From NCBI RefSeq assembly GCF_036321535.1, contig NC_087436.1, forward strand, positions 7,812,001 through 7,876,000: a stretch of DNA of 64,000 nt, in the 5' to 3' direction. The translations under genes were made by a program, and so were the position numbers. The notes beneath the pieces are model-generated. The model saw only the letters and a program-made list of their open reading frames with translations, ran no database searches and was not told the origin of the DNA. The first letter of the stretch is position 1. Each line of letters starts with the position of its first letter. Source of the DNA: Camelus dromedarius. Lineage: Eukaryota. Below, one piece after another: positions 38,951 through 52,096 of the stretch.

Positions 38951-39844
38951 ATACAGCTCATGTCTTCTGATAAAATTTAGTGGAAAACTGTTACAACCCA
39001 GGGCAGGTCAGACTGCTATAACCCATACCCTCAGGGTAAATTGTTGGAAACCCCACAATGCAAGGAATCACAAACAGGCAATTTTCTTGCTGAGGGTAAA
39101 AGGAATATGAAATGGATAGTGGAGAAGGCATATATAAATACCAGCATGAAACATGAAATAAAGAATATAATGGTTATAGTAACTTCATTATTTTTATATA
39201 AATACATTTTTATATATTCAGGAATTATTTTCTTCCTCTATTCCATTGCTTTATCAGATGAAATAAAATGTTTTAATAAGGACTGACATTATATACCAGG
39301 ATTTAAGGATATCAAAGTGTTTGTGGCTCTGTTAAAAGTGGACTCAAACTTCAACCAAGGATAAATAAATGATAGGTAGGGCTTTGTCTCTTCTTTTGGG
39401 GAGTGAGTTAGCTTTTTTTTTTTTTTTTCTCTCTCCAGATGGTAGAAGGTATAGTGGAAACGATTTAAATATTGCTTATTTTTAGAAGTAAAGAATAATT
39501 CAAAGAGGATGTCTGGTATGGATACCTAGCTGATAAGAGGTGGAGTGTGACTGTTTCGTACTATGTTAACTTAGATATGTTGGAACTACATTTCCCAGAA
39601 TTCCCTTCCCTTCATGGCTCTGAGAATATTTACAAAGGTAAAGACAGGCTTGAGAAAATCTATCAAGAGATGAAGAATCATCACAAAACCTCACAAAAGC
39701 AGGAAATCACTATCACCTCTGGGCTAGAACATTTCTGGAAATAAAAGTCTTACTCTTCGAATATGTGTTTCAACTTGCAGTTCTCTAGGGTCTCCACTTT
39801 CTGCTAACATTAAGTGTTAAGAACCATCCTGGGACTAGTGTATT

Positions 39845-41270
39845 TCATTTATTTGCATTAATTAATTCAATGAATACATAAACATGCAAGAGTTCAGTTC
39901 TTGTTCCAGATATGGGATACATAAGTAAATACAACAGAGATGTCTTTTCACCTTAGACCTTATGTTCTATCTTACATTTTAATGGGATAGTGAATAAGTA
40001 AACTGCATAGTTTTAGAACAAGATACACATTACAGAAACAAGGAAAACCTGCATACGTAAGAGGGGTCCCAAGTATACAGGAGTACCAGGAGGTACAGGA
40101 GTATGCAAGGCTCAGGATGAAGACACCCTGTTAAGTAGGGTGGTCCAGGTAGGTCTCACAGATACAGTGAGACTTAAGGTTAGTCTTGAAGAAGATGCAG
40201 CAGTCAACCACGCAATTGTTTGGGAAAATAAAATCCCAGTTAGAGAAGACAGCTAAGAGTAGAGATTCTTAGGTTGGAGTGTGCCTGGAGTATTTGAGGA
40301 ACCACAAAGGAGACAGTGTGACTGGAGCAGAAAAGGAGGAGAGAAATAAAAAATGAGGATAAAGATTCAGGGACATGGAGGGCAGATCATGTGGGGTCAA
40401 GAGAGGGTTTATTTTTTTTTTAAATATAGACTAGTCTTTATTTTTTAATGTTATTTTATTTATTTATTTGAGTTTTTGGTGGGTAATTAGGTTTATTTAT
40501 TTACTTATTTTTAGAGGCGGTACTGGGGATTGAACCCAGGACCTCCTGCATGCTAAGCACACGCTCTACCACTTGAGCTATATACTCCCCCTTAAGAGAG
40601 GGTCTTTTTTTTTTTTTAATGGAAGAAATTGTAAGATGTCTATAAGCTCATACAAATGTTACACTAAAGTGGAAAATAAAATATTAGAAGAGATGGAAGA
40701 GAGAGGGTATCATTTTTGGAATTCTATCCTTGATCAGGTGAGAGCAGACAGGATCAAAACTACAAGAATGGCCACTGCTCTAAATAGGAGCACACATAGT
40801 TTCTTCATTGAAACTAGAGCAACAGTAGAGTAAATGGGCAGATGCAAGTTGTTAAACGTGGGGTTATCACCAAGCACAAATTCTACTCTGATAATTTCTG
40901 TTTTCTCCATAAATAGAAAACATGGTTATTCAATTAGAATGAGAATGGGAGAAGAGATCTGGAGTGGAATGAGGAGAAGGCATGGGATAGTCTAGGAGAA
41001 CAGAGTGAGTGGGCTGGATTTGGAGCAGCATTGAAAATGCACTTGACCTTAGCAGTTCTGAGCATAAAGTGAGACCCATCTTCATGGTCACAAGCATTTC
41101 ATCATAGCCGTATTCAGCTGTTCTGTGAGTTGGATTTACTCATCATGGCTGTTGCCAGGAAGGTACAATGAGGTGTTAGGGGAAGACAGAAATTGAAGGT
41201 TTCTGCAAGGATGGGATTTTAATGAGGGATCATGAATTCTACTTTATGTAAGGGATAGCAGAATCCATGG
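39845..41270 (-). mobile_element. L2 LINE fragment, interrupted by a SINE
   Basis: 'attaattcaatgaatacata...', 'tagggtggtccaggtaggtctcac', 'gagtgtgcctggagtatttgaggaac...cagtgtgactggagcag', 'agaatggccactg'. Confidence 0.7.
40410..40591 (-). mobile_element. tRNA-Ala-derived SINE (Vic-1-like) with a double A tail
   Basis: Minus strand GGGGGAGTATATAGCTCAAGTGGTAGAGCGTGTGCTTAGCATGCAGGAGGTCCTGGGTTCAATCCCCAGTACC; TSD aagagagggt at 40399-40408 / 40594-40603. Confidence 0.92.
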
Positions 41271-41287
41271 ATGGCGATCTTAGGATA

Positions 41288-41468
41288 CCGCTTCTCAGAA
41301 CTTTACTGCGCACTTCAGAATCTCCTGAAGACATTTTAAAAACACAGATGATAGATTCACAGAGTTCAGTTTCAGGAGGTTTGGGGAGGATCCCGAGAAT
41401 CTGAACTCCTCGCAAGTTTCCAGTGGGTGCTAAGCTACCTTTCCAGTGATCACACTTGGAGACCCGTC
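41288..41468. mobile_element. MER5-like hAT-Charlie MITE
   Basis: 'gcttctcagaacttta...tcagaatctcctgaagacattttaaaaacacagatg...gagaatctg...caagtttccag...tcacacttggag'. Confidence 0.7.
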
Positions 41469-41582
41469 CTTTTATGACAGTCTTAAGGCTGCGTCATCTC
41501 TTGTTTTCCCCTTATCTTTTGTTCTCATTCTCTGAAACTCTCTCTCCATAGTTCATGTATTTATTAATTGGTCCATTTAATA

Positions 41583-41807
41583 CAGTTGACTCTTGAATAA
41601 TGTGAGGCTAACCCTCCTTGTTGTCAAAATCTGTATATAACTCATAGCTGGTCCCCTGCATATGCAGTTCCTCTGAGTCTGTGTTTGCATGTCCACGCAT
41701 TCAAAAAACTACCAACTGTGCAGCACTGTAACACTTACTGTTGAAAAACATCCACATGTAAGTGGACTCATGCAGTTCAAACCTGTGTTGTTTAAGGGTT
41801 AACTCTG
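41583..41807 (+). mobile_element. Tigger2a-like TcMar DNA transposon MITE
   Basis: TIRs CAGTTGACTCTTGAATAA / TTGTTTAAGGGTTAACT(CT)G flanked by TA dinucleotides. Confidence 0.85.
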
Positions 41808-42730
41808 TATTCATTCATATATTAATGTTAATCTGCTTGCAATTCCCCATAATTTTCCCTAAAGGATTTGAGATGAATACATACTGTTATGGTTCTAAAA
41901 AAGTAGCAAAAATATATAACTACCTCTCCATAAATTTTACCAGTATCTCTTGGCTAGAGCATTTTTTAGTAAACTACTTCTCATAATTTGTAAATTAATT
42001 GTTCAATGATAATATAATAGTTATGAATCTTTTAAAAATGATTTATAAGGTTTATATTACTTTTTCAGTTTAAAGCTGTAAACGAGTTTTAATGTATTTT
42101 TCAAACAAAAAACTTCAAAGCAAGCCAGTGTAAAAATTAACAATTCTTTTTTCCCCACAGACTCTTCTTTAGCCCTTAGAGAAAAAGGAAAATTCTGTAT
42201 TGGATCATAAATGGCATTGCAAGCAATGCTATATTGTTCTGGAAAACGTGTGGTCACTTTTAAACTCCTATCAGTCCAAGAAAATACACCAGGAGATCTT
42301 TCCTAAATTGGCATGCCAAATGTAGCAACAGGGTGATGTTATCTGTGAAGAGAGTTGACAGGTTTCCAGAAGGACCATTTGGTGAAGAATCTGCCAACTG
42401 CCTTTATTACCTTCTGAACTACCTGTGAGTTACAGGTATTTCCAGTTTTGTTATGCAGATAATTTGAACTCCATCTGTGGTTGATGAATATTTTTTAGTA
42501 TGCTATTACAAATTATGGCTTTAGGCACTGTTACACCTTCTCCCTGCAAATTCAACTACATAAAATATTGTGTTTCTTGATTCTGGGTATATTTCCATGG
42601 TGGGACATGCAGTGAGAGAAACAGGGGTCATTTTTGTTGCATTTGTTGGTTGGATTATTTTAAAAGAAGGCTGGTTTACATTTTATGCTGAAACAGATGA
42701 TTATTAATTCTTAAATATAGAATTCAGTTA

Positions 42731-45518
42731 GCAAGTGGCCAAGATGGTGGGTTAGAAAGACCTTGAGCTCATATTCTCTTATAGGCACACCAAAATCACA
42801 ACTATTTGGAAAATAACTGTCAATGAAAAAGGCTGAATCCTACCAAAAAAGATCTACAACTAAATAAATAAAGAATCACAATAAGGTGGGTAGGAGGGGC
42901 AGAGTCTGATATAGTTTGGCCCTGTACCCCCAAGGGAGTGACCCACAAACAGGAGGATAATTACAGTTGCAGAGGTGAGGAGTGAGAGGTTAGGGCCCCA
43001 TGTCAGGCTCCCCAGCACAGGGCCCTGCACTGGGAAGAGGAGCCCTCAGAGCTTTATTTTTTTTAACTGAAGTACAGTCAGTTACAATGTGTCAATTTCT
43101 GGTGTACAGCACAATGTCCCAGTCACGCATATACATACAGAGCATTTGGTTTTTGAAGGCAAGTGGAGCTTAATTTAGGAGTCCCAGAGGCTGGAGGAAA
43201 TACAGACTTCCCTCTTAAGGGGTGGACACAAAATTTCACAAGGTCCAGCTCCAGACCCAGGGAAAAGCCCATGATTTAATGGAAGCCTAGGTCAGACCCA
43301 CCTGCTGATCTTGGAGAATCTCCTGGAGAGGCAAGAAGCAGCTGAAGCTCACTGTGGGAACACGGATACTGGCAGCAGCCATTCGGGGAAGTTCCTTCTA
43401 CACCATGTGGACCCTGGTGCTGCAAACACCATTCTGGAATCCTTCCTCTAGCTTATTAGCCTCTGGATCCAGCCCCATTCTGGTTAAACAGTCTGTCTGT
43501 AAACAGCGGTGCTGGGACACCTCAGGCCGAGTAGCTAACTGGGCATGGATACAGCCCTACCCACTAGCAGACATGCTACCTTAAGATGCCCTGAGCCCAC
43601 AGCTACCTCTGGACCCTGCTCTGCCCAGCAGAGGGGCCTGGACATGGTCCCATGCACCCCAGGCACTAGATCAAAGACAGCCAAAGTCATCCAGCCAGCG
43701 GCCCTCAGTCCCAGATCCACCCATTAGCAGGCCAGATCTTGCCCTGGGACCTGACCTCATCCACCAGTGAGCCTGCTCTATCCTCAGGCCAAGAGCAGCA
43801 GGCAGATACCAGGCATGAGAAAACTGCAGCCCTGCAGCCTGTGGACCTGACCCACTCACTAGAAGGCCAGATCCTGCCCTGAGATTGGCTGACACCTGGT
43901 CCCACTCACTAGGAAGCCAACAAAAGATTTAAGAGACTCCCGGCCCCACAGCAAACTGTGGCAGGAACAGACCCCACCTACTAGTGATCCAGCACCAGCT
44001 CTGGGATCCATGGGTCTTGCAATCAGACTCTAGGATCTGACTCTGCCCATCAGTGGTTGGGCAATAGCCCTGGGGTCTCCAGGACCTGACTCCACCCACC
44101 TGTAGCCCAGCAACTCCAGGTTACTGCTGTCTTGTGATCTAGTCCTGCCAATCAGTGGCCAGCAGCCTCTGCACAAGACAGGATCTGGCAACCAACAAGA
44201 CCGGGGGCAATCAATTCTAACAGACTGCCCATACAGTCATCCCACCTTGACAGAAAGAACCATGCAGCTCCCTCATGGAGCAAATAGCTTTGGTGACAAA
44301 AAGAAATTGTGCTACTGAGATGCATAGAACATGTCTAACAAAAGACTACTTCTCCAAGGTTGAGAATCATAATCAACCTACCAGGTACATAAAAATAAAA
44401 ATAGTAAGTTAGGAAGAACAAGATGGCAGAGGACTAGGTCCCAAAAGAAGGCAATATGAAACCCAAGAAGAAGAATTAAGTGAAGTAGAGATAGGCAACT
44501 CTTCCCTCAAGAAAGAGTTTAGGATAGTGATTGTAGAAATGATCGAAGAACTAGGGAGAAAAATAGGTACACAGAATGAGAAGTTAGAATTTTTTAACAA
44601 TGAGTTAGAAAATAAAAAGAACAGCCAAACAGAGATGAAGAATACAAGAATGTAAATGAAAGGTACACAGAAGGAATCAATAGTAGACTAAATGATACAG
44701 AGGAATGGATGAGCAAGCTGGAAGACAGAGTAGTGGAAATCACCAATGCTGAACAGAACAAAAGAAAAAAGAATGGAATGAAATTAGGACAGTTTAAGAA
44801 ACGTCTGGGACAAAGTCAAGTGCACTAATAATTTGTGTAATACGGGTCCCAGAAGGAGAAGAGAGTGAGAAAGCGTCTGAGAACATAATTAAAGACATAA
44901 TAACTAAAAATCTCCCTAACTTGGGAAAGGAAACAGACATCCAATTCCAGGAAGTGCAGAGTCCAATATAGGATTAACCCAAAGAGGAGCACACCAATAC
45001 ACATTGTAGTTAAAATGGAAGCATTCTAAGTGTCCATCAGCAGATGGGTGGATAGAGAAAAAGTAGTATATTTACACACACACACACTGGAATACTACTT
45101 AGCCATTGAAAAGAATGAAATTTTGCCATCTGCAACAACATGGATGGACCTGAAGGACGTTATGCTAAGTGAAATACACCAGAGAGAGAAAGACAAATAC
45201 TGTATGGTATCACTTGCATGTGGAATCTAAAAAATGAAGCAAAAGAGTGAATATAACAAAAAGAAAACAAACATATATAAAGAACAAACTAGTGGTTATC
45301 AGTGAGGAGAGGGAAAGGGGAGGGGCAAATTAGGGAAGGATATTAAGAGGTGCAAACTACTATTTATAAAATAAATAATCTACAAGGATATATTGTACAG
45401 AGGATATAGCCAATATTTTATATTAACTATAAAATAAATATAACCTTTAAACATTGTAAATCATTATGTTGTACACCTGAAACATATATTATTGTATATC
45501 AATTATACCTCAATAAAA
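42731..45518 (+). mobile_element. Internally deleted L1: 5'UTR and partial ORF1 joined to the ORF2 end and 3'UTR
   Basis: Starts with YY1-like 'aagatggtgg'; ORF1 relics ~44430-45018; jump to 'aagtgtccatcagcagatg...' ORF2 tail (ORF 45030..45230); AATAAA tail; flanking direct repeat aattcttaaatatagaattc (42706-42725) / aattcttaagtataaattc (45519-45537). Confidence 0.88.
43053..43137 (-). mobile_element. Short L1 3' tail nested in the 5'UTR of the deleted L1
   Basis: T tail then 'aactgaagtacagtcagttacaatgtgtc'; direct repeat cagagc at 43047-43052 / 43138-43143. Confidence 0.85.
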
Positions 45519-46139
45519 AATTCTTAAGTATAAATTCCATAGATTTCACAGACAGATTCCAGACTAAATATTCTCTAAGTAAATACATTTTAATTGATAC
45601 AAAAACCTATATAGAAACTATATAGCTACTTAATTTGGTTCAAAATAAAGAATATTTGACTATTTTTATATTGTAGATAGCTTATACAATGCTGAATTTC
45701 TAATTAATTCCAATTAATGTTAGTGGAATTATTTTGTAAGTCAAGAAAGTTGAAAATAGTTTGCAGATTTGATGCAAAATGATGCCGTTAGATGCATTCC
45801 TGAAATAGTTTCAGAATCTGGACTGATGTACACTGAGTCTGTTTCGCACAGGTGGCTCAAAGGCCTGGCAAGTCAATTACAACGGAGGTCAGAATAAAGC
45901 AGACATGGTAGAGAGATAGAAAGGAAGGTCAAGTTGGACGATTAACAGAACAAAGTGCAGAGAACTTGCAGATTCACATTAATTAGTGTGGGATGCAAGT
46001 TCAAAACAGCACATGGCATCATAAAAATAGGAAAGTTCTGAAGCTTTTCTCTCAGTTCCCCTGGTATATTGCAAGCACAGTCAAGCAAGCCCAGGTTTAA
46101 ACTCACACACCTACCTTGGCCACTCGCCACCTCTGTGAT

Positions 46140-46993
46140 TTTAGAAAATGCTTTATCTGCCTCTGAGACAATTTCGCTTACATGTCTCCCTTGATCTGTT
46201 AATGTGGTAAATTTCATTACTACGTGTCTTGATAAACCATTCTAACGTTCTATGGAAAAAGCCTAATGATCGTGATTTATCTTGGATATGGTGCTGGATT
46301 TAATTTGCTAAATTAGAAGAATGATTTTCATTTACATTAATATAGTGAGACTGACTTATGTAATTTTTTTTTAAATACAATCCTTCACCAATTTTGGTAT
46401 AAAGATTACGTAAACTGAATAAATAAATCTGGTAGCTCTACCTTCTTTTATTCTGAGGAAAAATTTGTTCAAGATAAGGATTAAGGATCATTTGTGTCTT
46501 TAAATGTTAGTAAAATTTGGCTGTGTGTGTGTGTTATGTCTGGGTCTGTGTAAAATTTTGCCTATTTGTATAACTTCTGCTTTTTCATCTGTTTTTTAAA
46601 TATATTTTTGAATTAATTTGATAATTTATGTTTATCTGAAAATGTATTTTTAATTTAATTTCAAATTTAGATTCCTGAATTATTTAATAAAATTTTCAAT
46701 TGGCTTTGAAACCCCAAATATGTATATAGATTAACTTAATATCCTTATGTTACATTTATTGTTGGGTTTTGTTGTGTCTTTGGGGGAGTTTTGTTTGTTT
46801 GGTTTGGTTTCTATTTTTATTAGGTTGTCCCATGATTTTTTTTTTTCTATTCTAATTTTCAAAGAATTGCATTTTGGTTTTGTCCTATTTGGGTGGCAGT
46901 TTCTTTTATTCTCCATCTCATCAATTTTATGCACATGTCTTACTCTTGCTTCTTGATTTAAATGTTTACTTATTTTTAATTTTTTTGCTTTGC

Positions 46994-47024
<31 letters not shown>

Positions 47025-47953
47025 AGTTACTTATGCAACAATTTGTTGTTTTGAGATGTAATGATTTCACCGTATCCTAGATCTAAATGTATCTTAAATG
47101 CCACTGTAACTTATGGATAATTGATGGCTATATTTTCAGTTTTTAAATGTGGTATGATTGTGTTTGAACAACCTAATTCTTAATTATTTTTCATTTTATT
47201 GCTTTGTTGTCAGAGGATATAATACTGAGTCTCCAGAGTTGCTTGACTCGTCCTTCCTAGATTACAAGATGTCAGTATTGACAATTTTCAATGTCTATTG
47301 TAAAACCATGCATAATCTCTACTGGGTTAAAGGTTCTCTCTGAACCTATTATAGCAGATTAATCATGTTTTTCTGACCTTCTATATATTTACTCATCTTG
47401 CCTGCTTAAGCTATCTTTTCCTTTGAAAGTTGTATTAACCACGTTTATGTTGTTCTTGTTTTAATTCTCTGTGTAATTCTGTTACTTGTCTCTTTGAAAA
47501 TGCGTGTCTATATTCTTAGGTCAATAAATGTTAATCATATTTTTGTGGATGTTTTTAATATTATAATGTGATATCCCTATTTCTATCTTATATTTTTGTA
47601 TGCTATCATATTGATATGATAGCTTTATCTGGCCAGTATTTGTCTGTTAGAATATTTTTCTTATCTCTTTACTTTTAATCGTGTTCATTTTGTTTTAGAT
47701 AAACAAATCTAAATACTACATCTAGTATCTAGTATACTACAGATAAATGGATTTTTTAATGGCCAACGTGAAAATCTCAGCCTTTTCATATTCGTGAGGT
47801 TAATTCATTTACACTGTTGTAATTACCAATATATTTCAACTGGTTTCTGCTGTCTTATTTTACATTTTCTCTCTGCTTTTTTTTTTTTTTTTTGCATTGT
47901 CTTTTTTTCTCCCCTCTTCTCTGAAGTAATTGACTCTTATTTATTCTCTTTCC
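46140..47953 (-). mobile_element. Ancient L1M fragment hosting the full-length L1 (probably resumes after 55075)
   Basis: 'aaatgctttatctgcctctgaga...tgttaatgtggtaaatt...tgctggatttaatttgcta...attttggtataaagattac' antisense ORF2 motifs. Confidence 0.65.
46994..47020. repeat. (TA)n microsatellite
   Basis: Direct inspection. Confidence 0.95.
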
Positions 47954-48299
47954 CCTCTATTTATTATTTATTTTTTTATTTTTTTAACATTTTTTATTGA
48001 TTTATAATCATTTTACAATGTTGTGTCAAATTCCAGTGTTCAGCACAATTTTTCAGTTATTCATGGACATATACACACTCATTGTCACATTTTTTTCTCT
48101 GTGAGTTACCATAACATTTTGTGTATATTTCCCTGTGCTATACAGTGTAGTCTATTCTACAATTTTGAAATCCCAGTCTATCCCTTCCCACCCTCCACCC
48201 CCCTGGTAACCACAAGTCTGTATTCTCTGTCTGTGAGTCTATTTCTGTCCTTTATTTATGCTTTGTTTTTGTTTGTTTGTTTGTTTTTGTTTTTGTCTT

Positions 48300-51200
48300 T
48301 TAGATTCCACATATGAGCGATCTCATATGGTATTTTTCTTTCTCTTTCTGGCTTACTTCACTTAGAATGACATTCTCCAGGAGCATCCATGTTGCTGCAA
48401 ATGGCATTATGTTGTTGGTTTTTATGGCTGAGTAGTATTCCATTGTATAAATATACCACCTCTTCTTTATCCAGTCACCTGTTGTTGGACATTTAGGCTG
48501 TTTCCATGTTTTGGGTATTGTAAATAGTGCTGCTATGAACATTGGGGTGCAGGTGTCATCCTGAAGTAGATTTCCTTCTGGATACAAGCCCAGGAGTGGG
48601 ATTCCTGGGTCATATGGTAAGTCTATTCCTAGTCTTTTGAGGAATCTCCACACTGTTTTCCATAGTGGCTGCACCAAACTGCATTCCCACCAGCAGTGTA
48701 GGAGGGTTCCCCTTTCTCCACAGCCTCTCCAGCATTTGTCATTTGTGGACTTTTGAATGATGGCCATTCTGACTGGTGTGAGGTGATACCTCATTGTAGT
48801 TTTGATTTGCATTTCTCTGATAATTAGTGATATGGAGCATTTTTTCATGTGCTTTTTGATCATTTGTATGTCTTCCTTGGAGAATTGCTTGTTTAGGTCT
48901 TCTGCCCATTTTTGGATTGGGTTGTTTATTTTTTTCTTATTGAGTCGTATGAGCTGCTTATATATCCTGGAGATCAAGCCTTCGTCGGTTTCACTTGCAA
49001 AAATTTTCTCCCATTCCGTAGGTTTTTTTCTTGTTTTATTTCTGGTTTCCTTTGCTGTGCAGAAGCTTGTAAGTTTCATTAGGTCCCATTTGTTTATTCT
49101 TGCTTTTATTTCTTCTAGGAGAAAATTTTTGAAATGTATGTCAGATAATGTTTTGCCTATGTTTTCCTCTAGGAGGTTTATTGTATCTTGTCTTATGTTT
49201 AAGTCTTTAATCCATTTTGAGTTGATTTTTGTATATGGTGTAAGGGAGTGTTCTAGCTTCATTGTTTTACATGCTGCTGTCCAGTTTTCCCAACACCATT
49301 TGCTGAAGAGACTGTCTTTATTCCAATGTATATTCTTGCCTCCTTTGTCAAAGATGAGTTGACCAAAAGTTTGTGGGTTCATTTCTGGGCTCTCTATTCT
49401 GTTCCATTGGTCTATATGTCTGTTTTGGTACCAATACCATGCTGTCTTGATGACTGTAGCTCTATAGTATTGTCTGAAGTCTGGGAGAGTTATTCCTCCA
49501 GCCTCTTTCTTTCTCTTCAGTAATGCTTTGGCAATTCTAGGTCTTTGATGGTTCCATATGAATTTTATTATGATTTTTTCTAGTTCTGTGAAATATGTCC
49601 TGGGTAATTGGATAGGGATTGTATTAAATCTGTAGATTGCCTTGGGCAGTGTGACCATTTTAACAATATTGATTCTTCCAATCCAAGAGCATGGAATATC
49701 TTTCCATTTTTTAAAGTCTTCTTTAATTTCCTTCATCAATGGTTAATAGTTTTCTGTGTATAATTCTTTCACCTCTTTGGTTAGATTTATTCCCAGATAT
49801 TTTATTACTTTGGGTGCTATTTTAAAGGGGATTGTTTCTTTACTTTCTTCTTCTGTTGATTTATTGTTAGTGTAAAGAAATGCAACTGATTTTTGAACGT
49901 TAATTTTGTAACCTGCTACCTTGCTGAATTCTTCAATCAGCTCTAGTAGCTTTTGTGTGGACCTTTTAGGGTTTTCTATATATAGTAACATGTCATCAGC
50001 ATATAATGATACTTTTACCTCTTCTTTTCCAATTTGGATCCCTTTTATTTCTTTCTCTTGCCTGACTGCTGTGGCTAGGACTTCCAGGACTATGTTGAAT
50101 AGGAGTGGTGATAGTGGGCATCCTTGTCTTGTCCCAGATTTTAGTGGGAAGCTTTTGAGTTTTTCACCGTTGAGTACTATGCTGGCTGTAGGTTTGTCAT
50201 ACATAGCTTTTATTATGTTGAGATATGTTCCCTCTATACCCACTTTGGCGAGAGTTTTTATCATAAATGGGTGTTGAATTTTATCAAATGCTTTTTCTGC
50301 ATCGATTGAGATGATCATGTGGTTTTTGTCCTTTCTCTTGTTGATGTGATGTATTACACTGATTGATTTGTGTATGTTGAACCAGCCTTGTGTCCCTGGG
50401 ATGAACCCCACTTGGTCATGATGTATAATCTTTTTTATGTGTTGTTGGATTCTATTTGCTAAAATTTTGGTGAGGATTTTGGCGTCTATGTTCATCAGTG
50501 ATATTGGCCTATAATTCTCTTTTTTTGTAGTGTCTTTGCCTGGTTTTGGTATCAGGGTGATGGTGGCTTCATAGAATGAGTTTGGGAGTATTCCCTCCTT
50601 ATCAATCGTCTGGAAGAGTTTGAGAAGGACTGGTATGAGTTCTTCTTTGTATGTTTGGTAGAATTCCCCGGTGAAGCCATCCGGTCCTGGACTTTTATTT
50701 GTAGGGAGGTTTTTAATTGCTATTTCTATTTCCTTTCTAGTGATCGGATTGTTCAAGTGTTCAGATTCTTCTTGATTCAGTTTTGGTGGACAGTATGTTT
50801 CCAGAAACTTGTCCATCTCCTCTAGGTTATCCAGTTTGGTTCCATATAGTTTTTCATAATATTCTTGTATGATATTCTGTATTTCTATTTTGTTTGTTGT
50901 AATTTCTCCATTTTCCTTTCTTATTTTGCTAATTTGTGCTCTCTCTTTTTTCTTCTTTGTGAGTTTGGCCAGAGGTTTGTCGATTTTATTTATTTTTTCA
51001 AAAAACCAGCTTTTGGTTTGGTTGATTTTTTTCTGGTCTTGTTAATCTCTATTGTATTTAATTCCTCTCTGATCTTTATTATTTCCTTCCTTCTGCTGCT
51101 TTTTGGGGCTTTTTGTTCTTCTTTTTCTAATTCATTCAGGTGGTGGGTTAAATTGTTTATTTGAGATTGTTCTTCTTTTTTGAGGAAGGCCTGTATCGCT

Positions 51201-52096
51201 ATAAACTTCCCTCTTAGCACTGCCTTTGCTGTGTCCCATAGGTTTTGAGTGGTTGTGCTTTCATTATCATTTGTCTCAAGGTATTTTTTAATTTCAGCTT
51301 TGATTTCCTCATTGATCCATTGTTTTTTCAATAACATATTGTTTAATCTTCATGCTTTCCTTTTTTTCTCCTTTGTTTCTCTGTTGTTGATTTCCAGTTT
51401 CATGGCATTGTGTTCAGTAAAGATGCTTGAGACAATTTCTATCTTCTTAAAATTGTTGAGGTTTCTTTTGTGCCCAAGTACGTGATCAATCCTGGAAAAT
51501 GTTCCATGTGCACTTGAAAAGAATGTATATCCTATTTTTGGGGGGTGTAATGCTCTGAAAATATCCACCAAATCTTGTTTTTCTATTGTAGTATTTAATT
51601 TCTCTGTTGCCTTGTTTATTTTCTGTCTGGAAGATCTGTCTAGTGATGTTAATGCAGTGTTAAAATCTCCAACTATGATTGTATTCCCATCAATATCCCC
51701 CTTTATCTCTGTTAGTAATTCTTGTATGTACTTATGTGCTCCTATATTGGGTGCATATATATTAACGAGTGTAATATCCTCATCTTGTATCACTCCTTTA
51801 ATCATTATAAAATGTCCTTCTTTATCTTTCTTTATGGCCTTTGTTTTAAAGTCTATTTTGTCTGAAATCAGTACTGCAACACCTGCTTTTTTGGCTTTTC
51901 CATTTGCATGGAATATCCTTTTCCATCCTTTCACTCTCAATCTATATGTGTCCTTCTCCCTAAAGTGGGTCTCTTGTATGCAGCATATTGAAGGTTCTTG
52001 CTTTATTATCCAGTCTGCCACTCTGTGTCTTTTGACTGGAGCATTTAGTCCATTAACATTTACAGTAATTAATGATAGATGTGTGTTTATTGCCAT
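48300..52096 (-). pseudogene. L1 ORF2p (endonuclease, reverse transcriptase, Cys-rich domain) with 2 nonsense codons and 1 frameshift
   Basis: EN motifs NVNGLN, QET, GDFN; RT motifs [22 protein letters not shown]...HCWWEC. Lesions: TGA at 51350-51352, one base lost in the A-run at ~51026-51032, TAA at 49743-49745. Confidence 0.97.

Larger units (their letters stand above)
34941..39620 (+). mobile_element. Decayed ERV-L provirus: 5' LTR (~34941-35480), gag/pol/dUTPase remnants, PPT, truncated 3' LTR (39546-39620)
   Basis: Both LTR starts are homologous ('tgtggcggac...aactggaattaattttgccagaaaccactttcc' vs 'tgtgactg...tggaactacatttcccagaattcccttccc'); purine tract 'aagaggtggag' precedes 39546; RNase H/integrase-like relics ~37780-38560. 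Confidence 0.8.
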
